Shown here piece after piece: positions 39,672 through 52,700 of a DNA stretch of 64,000 nt; position 1 is the stretch's first letter; every line of letters starts with the position of its first letter. The stretch is taken from assembly GCA_963514005.1 (NCBI GenBank), contig OY740811.1, positions 27,962,001 through 28,026,000 of the forward strand. Reading direction: 5' to 3'. The translations under genes and the position numbers were made by a program. The notes beneath the pieces were generated by a model that worked only from the letters and a program-made list of their open reading frames with translations, ran no database searches and was not told the DNA's origin. The DNA comes from Raja brachyura. Taxonomy: Eukaryota.

Positions 39672-41165
39672 AATAGTAAGATTAAACGAGAACTTACCAG
39701 TTTGATCTTTATTTTATGAGGAGTTACGATGAGCGATTACGTGAAGAAGCCCGCCAACCCGCATGTGTGTCAAACTTCAAAGCAGCGGTGTGAAATCACA
39801 GATAACAATAGTTGGACTGAACATAGTAAGATTGGAGAGAATTAAAGCTACCAGATGATCTTTATGATAAGAGGGTTGGGAGCATAGGGCACGTAATCGC
39901 TCATCGTAACTCCTCATAAAATAAAGATCAAACTTCAAACTGGTAAGTTCTCGTTTAATCTTACTATTTTACTTCGGAGTCACGTGAGTGATTCCGTGAA
40001 GATTTCAAAGCTCTGTGATTTTATGCCATGGATACGAGTCCATGCATCACACATTGCACCAGTTGACGACCATGGATGAGTGAAATATAAATAATGCATT
40101 CAGGCATGACATAAATTTAAACATGCTGATGCTTTAATGAGCAAATGAAAATAATAGTGACCCCTCTCATCCAGGGGGAAACTATAAAACAGAATCTAAA
40201 ATGGAATTTGCAAATACCCCTGGTCTGGCAACGGGTTTATTATAAAACCTTTGGTACGTCAGTTCATTTGACCATCCTGCCGCCGCAAGGATGGGGTCGA
40301 GAGGGACGTCCAGTACCCTCGCTGCTGACGTTGATGCAGCCCTGGTGGAGTGAGATATAAAAATGTCAATGTTCACTCCTGCACAAGCCAGAACCAGTTC
40401 TAACCACCTCAAAATGGTCTGGACTGATACCTTTTTATGAGTTTTTTTGCAACTAATGAACATAGTTAATTTGGAGCCTCTAAGGCTCTTGGTGACCTTG
40501 ATGTACTGTTGTAAATGTGTAACTACACACAACTGAAGGTCCATGGGGTATTCCATGAAAACTAGTTTGAGCCCTGACGCTCCTGGTCTGCTCTGTTTGA
40601 TTAAATCATAAACATAAAATGTAATATTATTTACAGTTGAAACCATTCTGTCTAGTCGCAGCTGATGCAACGCCTGGACCCATTGCGCTGAAACCAGCGC
40701 CATGAGCATGACCACTTTGAAAGTGAGTTTGGGCAAAGACAGGGATGTAGCTGGAGCCCACTGGCGAAGCAGTGTGAGCACCACGCTCACATCCCAAATC
40801 TCCGAGTACCTGGGCCTGGGGGGATTAGTGTTAAAAATACCCTTCATGAACCTGGATATTAAGGGGTGAGGCCCAACAGAGTGGTGTCCCGATCCTAACA
40901 ATAAGTATGACGATAAGGCACTCCTGGCACTATTTATGGCGCTATAGCTCAGTCTCGGTGTATGCTGTGTGGGTGGAAACAAATTGAGAAGGAATTCGAT
41001 TTGGAACCCTTGTATACTGTGCAGTATAAACGGATCTGATGTTATCCTACACCATTCATTCAAAAGCAAGTGCAATCTCCCACCAACAGTTTCAGCGAAC
41101 AGTTTGTAGGGGTGCTGCCGCCGGAGTGAAGCTTTACTAGTTCCAGGTCCTGGTCTGCTCTGTTC
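39672..41165 (-). mobile_element. Internally deleted DIRS1-type tyrosine-recombinase retrotransposon
   Basis: YR ORF with HSTR, AGWS and RFY motifs; DIRS pol N-terminal motif VGGRL...W..ITSDPFIL.SIQGFQIEF; inverted-repeat terminus 39672-39743/39890-39968. Confidence 0.85.
40182..41087 (-). pseudogene. DIRS pol N-terminus fused in frame to a tyrosine recombinase, probably inactive
   Basis: Open frame of ~300 codons. The expected first catalytic Arg reads Trp (LVSAQWVQAL, codon 40682-40680). HSTR at 40352-40341 is intact. Confidence 0.8.
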
Positions 41166-42370
41166 CAGAATTACAAAAAACAAAGTGGAATATTAGTTAG
41201 TAATATACTGAATTAAAAGAAAAGAAAAATAATCAATTCTGCCAATAAACATAATGATGAAAGTGACAGTGCAATTAAACATTTTTTTAAGCAGATCCTC
41301 CTCATTTCAATCATGTTCATTCCCCTACCATCAGGCAGATACTAAGGAGAAATGCCTTCCGTCAGAGCTGGTTGGATCTGGAACTCACCACTTGAAAGGG
41401 AAGGAGATACAGAAACATCATCACATCTAATACTTGGACTACTATAGTTGCTTTATGTACTCTAGTTTTTGCACTATCATGGTCTAGTTAATGTTGAATA
41501 ACTGTTAGTTCATTGTACATATATTTTTGTTGTTGGTGCGTCTAATTGTGCCTGTAAATTGCAGCAAGTAAGAATTTCATTGTTCAGGGTGATCTCCGGT
41601 AGATATAAAAATGACCACTCTTGGTTCTCTCGACTCTTGAGTATATTCTTCTTCATGGACCAAGCTGGGAAGTAGTATTTGGGTGCAATAACTTTTATTG
41701 GCAAGCATGAAGAAGCTAAATGATCTTCTTTATGTGGTAAATATCTGTGTTGTAAGGTCAGAAATGCCTTAGTTAACTGATAATTTCTTGTGTTTAGTTA
41801 TCTTCCAAATTCCTCAAAGAACAAAACAATCCACAGTGTTCTATTTAATATGTCTTGGGATTATAGTGGCAAGTACTATTTATGCCACACAAGTGCCAGG
41901 CAATGACCATCTCCAACAAAAGAGAACCTGACCACTTTGGCTTGCCATTCAAAGCCAAATCACCCACAATCAGAACCCTGTGGTCATCACTGATTCACTG
42001 GAATAGCCATGTAAATACTGTGGCGCCAAGACTAGGTTAGAGGCTGTATTCTGCAACAAGTGACTCACTTTTGCAATCCCTAGGGCCTTTCCAACATCTA
42101 CAAGACATTAGTCAGATGTGTGATAGTATACATTCCACTATCTAGGTGAATTTAACTCCAACAATGATATTGACAGTATCAAGGACAAAAAAAGCCTGTT
42201 CACATCCTAATGTTGTATTGTATTGTAATTAATTTATTAGCCAAGTATGTAAAAACATACAGGGAATTTGATTTGCTATAGTCATACCAAAAAAGTAACA
42301 AGACACACAACTACATAAACATTAACATAAACATCCACCACAGCGCACTGTGATGGAAGGCAATAACGTA

Positions 42371-42783
42371 TTCAATTCAATTCAATTCAATTCAAGTTTA
42401 ATGTCATTGCACAAATACAAGTATAGGTACAACGAAATGCAGTTTAGCGTCATTCGTAGTGATAGCGATATAAAAAAATAAATACAGAGTGTAGTGATAG
42501 CAGTACGGAAATAAATAAATACAGGGTGCAGACAAGTCTATCAGCTGGGCTCCGAGTTCAGCAGTCTGATGGTGTAGTTGAAGAAGCTGTTCTTCGTCCT
42601 ACTGGTGCGGGACCTGAGGCTCCTGTACCGCCTCCCTGATGGGAGGAGGGCAAACAGTCCATGGTTAGGGTGTGAGGGGTCCTTGATGATCTTCCCGGCC
42701 CGCTTCAGGCACCGTTTTCGGTGGAGGGCATCCATGGCAGGGAGCGGGGCACCGATGATGTACTGGGCGGTTTTCACCACCCG
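42371..42783 (-). mobile_element. Rex1/Babar-type LINE 3' end with (TTGAA)n tail
   Basis: KIIKDPSHPNHGLFALLPSGRRYRSLRSRTSRTKNSFF; candidate TSD CGTATT (42367, 42782). Confidence 0.8.
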
Positions 42784-42816
42784 TATTATCTTCTTCCCTC
42801 CTTTTCTCCCGTGGTT

Positions 42817-42920
42817 GGGGCAGTCGAACCATCCGCAGTCGGGGCAATCGAAGCTCCCACATCTGGGGCGATTGAAGCTCCCACGATTGGGGTGGTCGAA
42901 GCTCCTGTGGCTTGGAGCTC
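42817..42920 (+). repeat. GC-rich 24-bp minisatellite (GGGGCRRTCGAAGCTCCC...), about 4 copies
   Basis: Read directly. Confidence 0.75.
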
Positions 42921-45109
42921 CCGAAGTTGATCCCTAACCAAGGGACCGCGAGCTCCACGATGTTATGTCCACAGGCTCCCATGGTTGGATCTCCCAAAGT
43001 CGATCCCCAACAAGAGGCCGCCAGCTCCTCGAAGTTAGGCTACAGTGCGGATGGAGATACGATACGGAAAAGTCGCATCTCCATCGAGGAAAGAGATTTT
43101 TAAAAGTTTCCCCCACCCCCCCACATAATACAAAACTAATATATATTAAAACATACATTTAACAACAGACTAAAAACAACAAAAAAGGAAAAGGACGAGA
43201 CAGACCGTTGGCGAGGCTGCCATCATACGGCCACCAGGTGACATCATAGTGATGTCACCTGGTGGTCGACATCACTATGAGAGTGGGAAGCAACTCTCAA
43301 ATGCATTGAAGCCACTATGTAGGGTTTCTTCAGCAGCATCTTGCAAAGTGCTGAGGAACGAGAGCTACAAACTCATGAGAATACCAACTTCTCCAAATTC
43401 CTCCTCAGGTCACACAACATTCTGTTTTGGAAATTCCTTCCAAATACGTACATTCCCTACCTAACTGCATCACTCTATGCTCTGCTTCTTACTATACTGA
43501 GAGGAAGTTCAGAAGGCAGCTCTCTACTATATTCTGAAGTGCAATTTAGGATAACTATTTGTGATGAATACTTGCCTTGCCAGCAATAACAAAAAGCCAT
43601 GTATTATCATTGTCAATTTGGTATTGGAGATTTTTTTTTCAATCAATTGATACCAATAGAACTGTTTATATTGAAATTTTATTTCCAATAGCATATTTGA
43701 ATAGCTTTCTTTTAGGCCCCTCTGCTCTTTACTCTGAGACAAAAATAGTGTGTTTCTGCCTTGGAGCTCAATGACATTGATTGGGTGTGGCTATATGGTT
43801 GTCAGTTAATTGGCATTTCTATTGTGTTGATTTTTACATTTCAGATTAATTTAAGGATTGATGCCCGAATCAATGGCAAGAGTTATCCTGCTAACTACCT
43901 GAGATCAATAACAGACTCATTAACAATGAATTTGACTGACTTTAATCCGATTTTTATTGTCTAGTGTGGATTGGATGCTGTCAGTTGAGCAAAACTACTC
44001 TTATCTGAATTACTATGGTAACAGGAAGGAGACTCTCTGGTATTATGTGACAAACAGGATGAGATGAACAGAATGAGACATCACCAACCACAAAAACTGA
44101 GCACAATAGAAGTATTTATAAATCTTGAAACAAGTCTTTTTTTTTCAACTTTTAATCTCAAAAACAGGTGGTATTAGAAATAATGTGCACAAATTATAAT
44201 CTGAGTTTGTAAATACTGGGTAGATCCATTATACAACGGGGACTATTGATTTTGCTGAATTATCCAGAATAAATAATGAAGAGCAAAGGGTCTGATCTGA
44301 TTCAGGATAAAAGTGCTAATAAATCAATAGTTTATGGTTAGTATAGGTTTTCGCTGGAAAAATCACTACATTTGGTTCAGAATAAATCAAAGACAGTGAG
44401 ATAGATTTAGCACACAGAGGGGAATCATGGAGTGGAGGGAAATGTGGTGAATGTGGCATTTAGAATTTAGGAACAAGAGAGGATACGCTGTGGAGATGCA
44501 CAGTGGGTGTGAAGAAGAGGAATCAGATCTTAGTGTGAGACAGGATTTCCAATTGCATTCTCTTACTTTAATCTCAGCATGTATCCTGTTTCAGAACGTA
44601 AGGGAAGACTGTGGAACACTTATAGGTATCATTTCTTTTAGCAAACATGGTTAAATAGTTAAAATACCTTAAATACCAATACATGATGAAAAACATTCCT
44701 TAAGATTTAATGCATCCTGTTTTGTAGATAAATCATTACAGCAGCAAGGATTCACAATGTAAAGTCGTGGTGCATAAGATCAGTATATACAGCTTGTATA
44801 TGTACTGTGTAAGATATGTACTGTGCAAGATAATACCACTGATAATGTCTGTTTTCGACCATTAAAACAGTGGCTCTTCTTCACACCCACTGTCATTGGA
44901 TACACAAAATGGTGCCATTTAAAGGACATGGATAATCAGGGTAATTGCTAAATTCTTTCTTTTGGCTTTTATGGCAATTCTACAATTTTGATGTTTTTCA
45001 CAGAGGTTTCAAGTTTCAAGTGTCTCCAGGGAGTGGTCTGGGCTGCTGCTAAAGTGCTTGTTGTTGATTTTAATGCTTAAACCAATTACTGTCGCATATT
45101 GCATTATAT

Positions 45110-45760
45110 AAGGTAGAAACAAGGAACTGCAGATGCTGGTTTACAAAAAAACCCCCACAAAGTCTGGAGTCTCCTCAGTATCCTGTAGTTCTGTTCTCGC
45201 TCCTCCGCCCCAGATGGAACAAGGATAGAGTTCCACTAGTCCACACCTTTCACACCACCAGCCTCTGCAAGCAACACATCATCCTCTAGACATTTTCATC
45301 AGCTCCAAAGTGATTCCACTAGCAGTCACATCTTCCCATTTCCACCCTTTTCCGCCTTCCACAGAGAACGCTCCCTCTGCAACACCTTGGTCAATTCATC
45401 CCTACCCACCCAAACTACTCCCTCCTCAGGTTATTTCCCCTGCAACAGCAAGTGTGTAACATCTGTCCCTATACCTCCTCCCTCACTTACATCCAGGGAC
45501 CCCAGCCATCTTTCCAGATGAAACTGAGGTTCACATGCACCTGCTAACATCATCTACTGCATCTGATGTTCCAGATGTAGCCTCTTGTACGTTTGCGAGA
45601 GCAAGCATAGACTTGGCGACCACTTCGCCGAACACTTACGCTTAGTCTGCCAAGGCCTATTGGATCTCCTGGTTGTCAACCATTTTAGCTCCTCTTCCCA
45701 TTCCCATACTGACATTTCTGTCCTGGGCCTATTCCATTGCCATGCACAAGACATGCACAA
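45110..45760 (+). mobile_element. Degenerate Penelope-like GIY-YIG fragment with a short inverted tail
   Basis: YVCESKHRLGDHFAEHL...VVNHFSSSSHSHTD; homologous to 27400-27950. Confidence 0.8.
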
Positions 45761-47309
45761 GACAAGCTATTGGGATAAGAAGAGAAGGTATTTCTGTGAA
45801 TTTCAGGGAGGAACTCTCCAGCTTGAATCTCAGCAATAACCAACGTTTCAAATCCTGAGATTCACACGGTGATATCATTTAAATCTAGAAACTAATTGCA
45901 GTGGCAGTGGGGCAGCCTTATGTGGCTAAGAACGTCAACAATGTTCAGCTGAGGGGCAGATATTTATTACATCTTGTCTTTTGCAGTCTATCTTGGCTTT
46001 CTGTTCAAAGAGAAATGACTTCCATGACATTGTCTGCACATATATTACATTGCAGATACCACCTCTCAAACCAATACCCAACATCCTGGCAGTGGTCATC
46101 TTGCAGCAAACCTTCCAAAGACCAGCAAACTATCAAATTCACCACTTGCAAACCATTAAGAATAATATTGATCCACGAGCACACTCCTGGATGGAATGTC
46201 CAGAGGGATGGCAAGCAGGAAGGCCCTGCGCAATCAATTGGCAGGTCGAACACAGAAAATCACTGTGACTACCCTTTTCTATGACTGGTGCAGAATTCCT
46301 ACGCAAACACGTATACCAGTACATACATGACTTGAATTAAATGAAAACAACAGTGCCATGTGTTGTAATGGAGCACTGATTCCTGATTCAGCTGTCAGAA
46401 CTGTTCTGGAGGAACCTTGTGGTCCTCAAACATGCGGGTCTCAAAAACTGTGGTGGTCAGCTGTAGGTTGTGTAAACTCTGCAAAATCAATAAAAGCCAA
46501 CACAAACTAAACATTCCAAACCAAATGTATCAATTAAATCATGCTGTATTTTAAGCAAACTTCAACAAACCACTAAGGCATTCCTTTGTGCCTGCCTTCC
46601 TTTACTAGTTCAGTGTTCCTTCCTCAGTGGCTGCAAGGCTGCTAAGTTCAGTGCAGCTTTGGTGGTCTTGCAGTGGCATCAAGCTGAGGAAGCCCGGCTT
46701 CAGTCTGCACCACCTTGGCATGAACAGTGAGAGTTGGGGCTGCTTGCTGACTGCAGGGGCACTGGTGAAGTAACACCACTGAGAGCGTAAATGCTAGCAT
46801 TCTGTGAATGGACAGAAGACCCATTCTTAGTCACGTGTGTGACCAAAAAATGTGAACAATTCTGGAATACATCTCTTCTAATTCCGAAAGCATTACATGT
46901 ATATTGCTTTGTACTGTGTATATGATTCATATTTGTTTCAAATGTTATCAAGTTAAATATTTATGTTATGCTGACAATGTTTGTTGAGGGTCAAATATGA
47001 CTGGTCACGTGTGTGACCTCACACGAAAGCATTTTTTTCATAAGTTTTATCTCACATGTGAACCTTGTGAATTTTAAAAAGCTAGAATGTTCATATCTTT
47101 AGCAGACATGCATTATAGTTCTGTAGGTAGGAAAATAGCGATAAGATTAATCTCTTACAATGATTTTTTAATGTATTGCTTTATGTGATGCCATTGGTAA
47201 TGTGTGTGACATTTTGGTTCATTTTCCAAAGAATGGCCCAGAAACATTATTCTCCCTGGACCCAATCCTGCCCTTTCAATGTTCTGCCTCTGAAACCTTA
47301 GCAGTGTTG

Positions 47310-47760
47310 GAAGAGTAGAAACAAGGATTTTGGTTTACAAAACAAGACACAAAGGTGACTAACTTAAAAACAAACCCCCTTTTTCTTCCCCCGCCCCCTC
47401 CCACCCGCTCCCAATGTCTCACCCGAACTCACACCCATTTACCCCCTTCCCCCTCCCCTTCCACTTCTATTCCATCCTCTAGCTTCACAATTCATGCCTA
47501 TTCTATCCTTATCTTACACCTTTTGTCTTTTCATCTTTGGCGTTTGTCCAACCATCCATCTATCAAAAACTCCCCACACTGGTATCCACATATCACTTGC
47601 CAGGCTTTGTCCTGCTCTTCCTCTCTTCCGGCTTTCACCTGCTCCTCCCCCTCCCCCCACCACCACAATCAGTCTGAAGAAGGGTCCCAACCCGAAACCT
47701 ATCCATGTTCTCAAGAGATTCTGCTTGACCCACTGACTTACTCCAGCACTTTGTTTCTTT
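47310..47760 (+). mobile_element. Penelope-derived pLTR/SINE-like copy
   Basis: Same pLTR tail with core CTGAAGAAGGGTCCCAACCCGAAAC at 47674. Confidence 0.7.
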
Positions 47761-50700
47761 TTTTTTTAAGGGGATATCAATTTGCCCCAATGAGTCAATG
47801 TATACAGTTATAATTATACCATTTAGGATTTACAGTTTTAATTAAATATTAACAATGATTCTCTGTCTGACATATTTTCAGCATTTGTTGTTTTGTTTAC
47901 GATTTACGGGGTTATCATATAGAGCATTGGAGTGTGAAGTGTTAAGGAATATTAAGGAATACAAGGATAGTGCAGCAGTGTTAACACAAAAAGATGTTAG
48001 ACAGTTGGGATAAAATACAGGGGTAAGTATACCATGGGTTAGATATAATCTCTCCTTACCATCAGCCAGGTCAGCCATGGAAGGTCAGCTTATGGAATGG
48101 CAAGCAGACTCAAGAGACTTAGTCCTTTTCCAGGGTGGATGTGGCTAGTGTTGGATACCTCTTGGCTGTCCCATTAAATACTTCCAGGGTAAGTACAGCA
48201 TGGATTGGAAATGGAGTAAAGCTCCCTGTACAACATCCCATCAAACTCCTATGCTGTTCTACCAACTGCTCCCAGGATAGGTTTGAGAAAGTGTACAGAA
48301 AAACATGTTTAATTGATAAATATTTCTGAAAGATGTGATAGAGTCATATATAAACACAGACCCATCTAGCAATGTTTTAATCTCTACCTGTAGTTACTGG
48401 TATGTTTGATTCGCCAAGACATGCAATGTAACATTGCAAAAAACAGTGTCATTTTCTGAGCTACAGCATTAAATACATTTCACGTGGTGATGAACACTGT
48501 GGATTGTCTCCTGTGCAGACACAAGGCAGGGAGTCCAAACAAATACTTGCTAAATGGAATCTTAGAACAAATTTGGTAGCCTGTGATCATTGGGAGTCAG
48601 AGCAAAAGGAAACCTTTGCTTGGCTTCACCTGTTGAAGTTCCAAGAAATCCACATCACCCAACAGTTTGTTGAACTGGAGCTAAACATGTATGTCCTTGG
48701 CGGGTTTATTAGAATGGTGTCTATTTGCATAGAGTAAATTTGCACTTCTGATCCTTGAACTGTATAAAAGTTAAAGTTTTTCAAATCAGGCATTTGTGGA
48801 TCAGTATTGACCAATCTCCAGCTGTTGTAACGTGGGACATGTTTGTTTTTTCGCGTCAATAAACCAATCAAGCTTTACAGTATCAAAACGCCCTCCAACA
48901 CATCAAGGACAACTCCACCCACTCCAGCACGAACACTGCAATGTATATATCGATACAGGGAACAGCAGATGCTGGTTTACAAGTAAAGAGTGCTGGAGTA
49001 ACTCTGTGGATTAGGCAGCATTACTGGAGAACATGGATATGTGATGTTTTGGTTCTAGACCCTTCTTCACACTGATCATGGGGGGGGGAGATCTGTAAGA
49101 GTGGAGGGGCTGGTCAAATGTAAAGGCAGAAAGTTTGAGACAAAAGGATTGGTGTTGCGAATTGTGAAGCTAGAGGAAGGAACGTTGGTGGGGGATTGGA
49201 AAGACAGTAAGACTTATTCAACCAAATTTGACTTCAAAAGCCAGGCAGATGTACTGTCGCTGAAACAAAAATATAAATAATCATAAACCAATGTAGTTTC
49301 AAGCAAAACAAGTCTTTTTGTGTGCTTAGCCTACATGGCAAGTTGGACTTACACAGTGGAAGATTAAAAACTGTCATAGTTTCTTGCAGACCCAAGAGGT
49401 ATTTTGCTTGCAATTGATAAGAAAATCTGAATGCTTGTATGGATCAAATGACCTCTGATAGAGAAGAATTGAATCTGAATGGTAAAGCAGAGACACAAGA
49501 GATTGCAGTGCTGGAATCAGCCAACAAACAATCAGCCAGAGGAATATTTCAGGTAAAAACCCTACATTGAGAGTGGAAAGGGGAGATCGGCAGGATAATT
49601 AGGGGAGGCGTGGTGATACAGAAGCAAGAGGTGATTGCTGGACCAAAGAGGGGTGAAGGAGGACAGGCAGGGGAAGAGTGGGGTGAGGTTGGGAGGCAGA
49701 GGAAGTGGACGATGGATGGAGGTATACTAAAGAAAATAAAGAGAACAAAAGAAAAGAAAATAAGAGGCAGATGGAGCCAGGTGAGGGAGTGGTGGGTGAA
49801 GGCAGAGACAGCTGCCAGAAGGTGATAAGCAGGTGAATGGTAAAGCACTCGATCATGACTTTGTATCTGAGTTGGATCTGGTCCAATGCAAACTTTAGAA
49901 AGCAAAGTATCAAATGTAACCAAATCAAGGAAGAAACAATAACCTCTTTGAATTTGAATCTGGAACCAAACAATTCAAAAGTAGATTCAGCATCATAACT
50001 GTAAGGGAATCGGGAGGACTTAGTTAGAAAATTAGTTTCTAGACAAAATTTATAGTAAGTTTAAAAAAGGGAAGCAGCATCTTAAATATACAAAATGTTT
50101 TCACGATATCTGCATGGATGTTTATATTGTCATCCAATGGACAGCAATGTTATCCAGTGCATCTGCTTTTCCATCCATGTAACAAATCAACAAATGATCA
50201 TGGGGACTTGAACTTTCTTACTTTAAATGTTAAACCTGTGATTCAGTGCTGGTGTGCCCCATATTCGTGGGCAGAATATAAGGCATGACCTGGAGACCTG
50301 GATTCTGTTTCCACACAGTGGCATAAGGGAATGTGACAATGCAAGTAATGTATTGTTCCCTTGTGGGTTATGTGTTGCCACCATTTTTATCTGTGCAACG
50401 GAGAGTTCGCTTCTAATTCATGTTTCACTTTCTGACACTGATGAAACTTTGCAAAAAAATCAAAAATTGCAGTGATTGACTGTTGCCTAGAATCTTTGAA
50501 AAACTCAAAAATTAGCTCAGTATAAATTAAAGATTAAGAGTAGCCTTCTCAAACTTCTCACGGGAGTAAATTAAATGAGGAATGACCCAGGCCTCCTAAA
50601 GAACAAAAGTTTTGTTCATTATGTTTTTAATTTAAAGAGATTGAATTAAATTAAAATTCTGACATTTGCCCCCTCAATTGCCAGATTGAGGTCATAAACT

Positions 50701-51829
50701 AGAACTGTTGCTCATATTCCACGGGTATCTCAAAACCCAATGTTATGACATTCAATTGTCCAATTTTAAATAATGCCCCCCTAAAATAATGAGACATCTG
50801 TTTAGAAGTGTTTAGATCACTGCAGAGAATAAGGCAAAGAGAACCAGAGAGAGAATCAGTTATCAACACTATATTGGTCAGTTTTGTATCCATCCTTTCA
50901 GCAAAACAAGCTTTTCCAGATAGGTAGATTTTCTATCTTCCTTACAAAAATCTCTGTGAAATCTGCCGGTGATCAAAATTGTGGGCTTTGTCAATGGTTG
51001 CATCTCTATATCAGAAAATACGATCTTTTATCTCAGTGAAAGGTGACACTGAAGTGCTAGTATATTTTCAGATAGTGAAATTAAATATTTTCTTACAAAG
51101 AAGACTTTTCATAAGTATTGCTATCAGGTTATTCTTTAATAACATCTCTAGTTGCATTGATTCATTATAATCCACCTTTGAACATTTTGAAAAATATCTT
51201 AATCACTTGCCAAGCTTTGCCACACCTCAACCTCTCTGTTCTAGCTTTTCCCTTACGTAATCAATCTGAAGAAGGGTCCCAGCCCAAAATAGTAATGTGT
51301 CCATTCAAAATTCCCTCCACAGATGCTGTCTGAACCATTGAGTTCCTCCAGCCTTTTATTTTTTGCACAGGATTCCAGCATCTGCAATTTCGCCAAAGTA
51401 TTAAAGCTGTATTCTTATATTTTGTCATATCAAAGTTTTTGCACATTTACATTAAATGTATATTTTCCTGTTGACATTGGGATGGACATGTAGAATTCAA
51501 TTAACCACAGCATACTGGCTTAAATGGCAGAAATTCTCCACAGTGATTTTGAGGACTAAATTAAAGCTTTAGCAACACTAAATCATGCATTAAATGTATT
51601 AAGGAATGCTTTAAGCAGTTTGGGTACTATGTAATACAGGTTTAATATTTAAAGGGTTTATGAGACCAAGCTCCCATTTATCCTTGTGAGGGCCAGGTCA
51701 GGAATTGACTTTTTATACAAGCTATCTTTTTTATAATAAAGGTATGTTATGTGACACGCAGGAATGGCTCTTAGGCTCAGTTTGCAGCCAACTGTTAAAG
51801 TTGGAACATGTAAAACTGTTAATGTATAA

Positions 51830-52700
51830 AAACACACAGTTCTGGAGTAACTAATTGGGTCATACAGCAGCTCTGGATATGTGACTGTTTTGGTCTGGAC
51901 CCTTTCTCAGATTGTAGTGGTGGGGAGGGGGGAGAAAACTTGAAGGGAGGAGGGACAAGGCAAGGCCTGGCAAGTAATAGCTGGATACAGAGGTGAGGAG
52001 GAGAATAAAAGTGTGTGTGTGTGTGGGGGAGAGATTGTGGAAGAAGGGAGTGGTTTGTAGTTACCTAAAATTGGAAAATTCAAAGTTCATGGCGTTGGAC
52101 TGTAAGCTAGCCAAGCAGAATATGAGGTGCTGTTCTTCCAGTTTGCATGCGGCTTCGCTCTGGCAATGGAGGAGACTCAGGACAGAAATTCCTTTATGGT
52201 AGTGGGAAGAAATATTAAAATGAATAGGAACCAGGAGATCCAGTTGGCCCTGGCATTAGGTGAACAGTCGCAGAGTTTACACTTGTCTCCCCGATGTATA
52301 GGAGGCCACATCTGAAACACATAATGTAGTTGATGAGGTTAGAAGAGGTGCATGGGACTTCTTCCCTCCCCCTTTCCTGTCCCCCAATCTCCTCTGTGCC
52401 CCCCGCTGGACTTGCATTTATTTTCCCCCCTCCCCTTCTCTTTTCACCTATATTCCTTCCACTAGCTTCACAGTTTGCAGCTCTTCAAACCTTTTGTCTC
52501 ACACCTTCTGTCCTTTAATCTCTGGATTTTGTCCAAACATTTGCCTATCAAAACCCCCCCTCACCTGTATCCACCTATTACTGGCCAGGCCTTATCCTGC
52601 CCCTCCTCTCTTCCAACTTTCTTCCCCCCTACCATAATCAGTCTGAAGAAGGGTCCCAACTTGAAACATCATCTATTCCATCCCTCAGCCACAATCTGCA
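51830..52700. mobile_element. Head-to-head pair of Penelope-derived fragments (minus ~51830-52355, plus ~52360-52700)
   Basis: GIY-YIG end on the minus strand and pLTR with core at 52643 on the plus strand. Confidence 0.7.

Noticed and set aside
40182-41183. Phage or bacterial integrase (horizontal transfer or contamination), or a Crypton
   Set aside because: The DIRS pol motif upstream and the ITR/ICR-like terminus downstream fit a DIRS retrotransposon; the track's start is TTG, not ATG.
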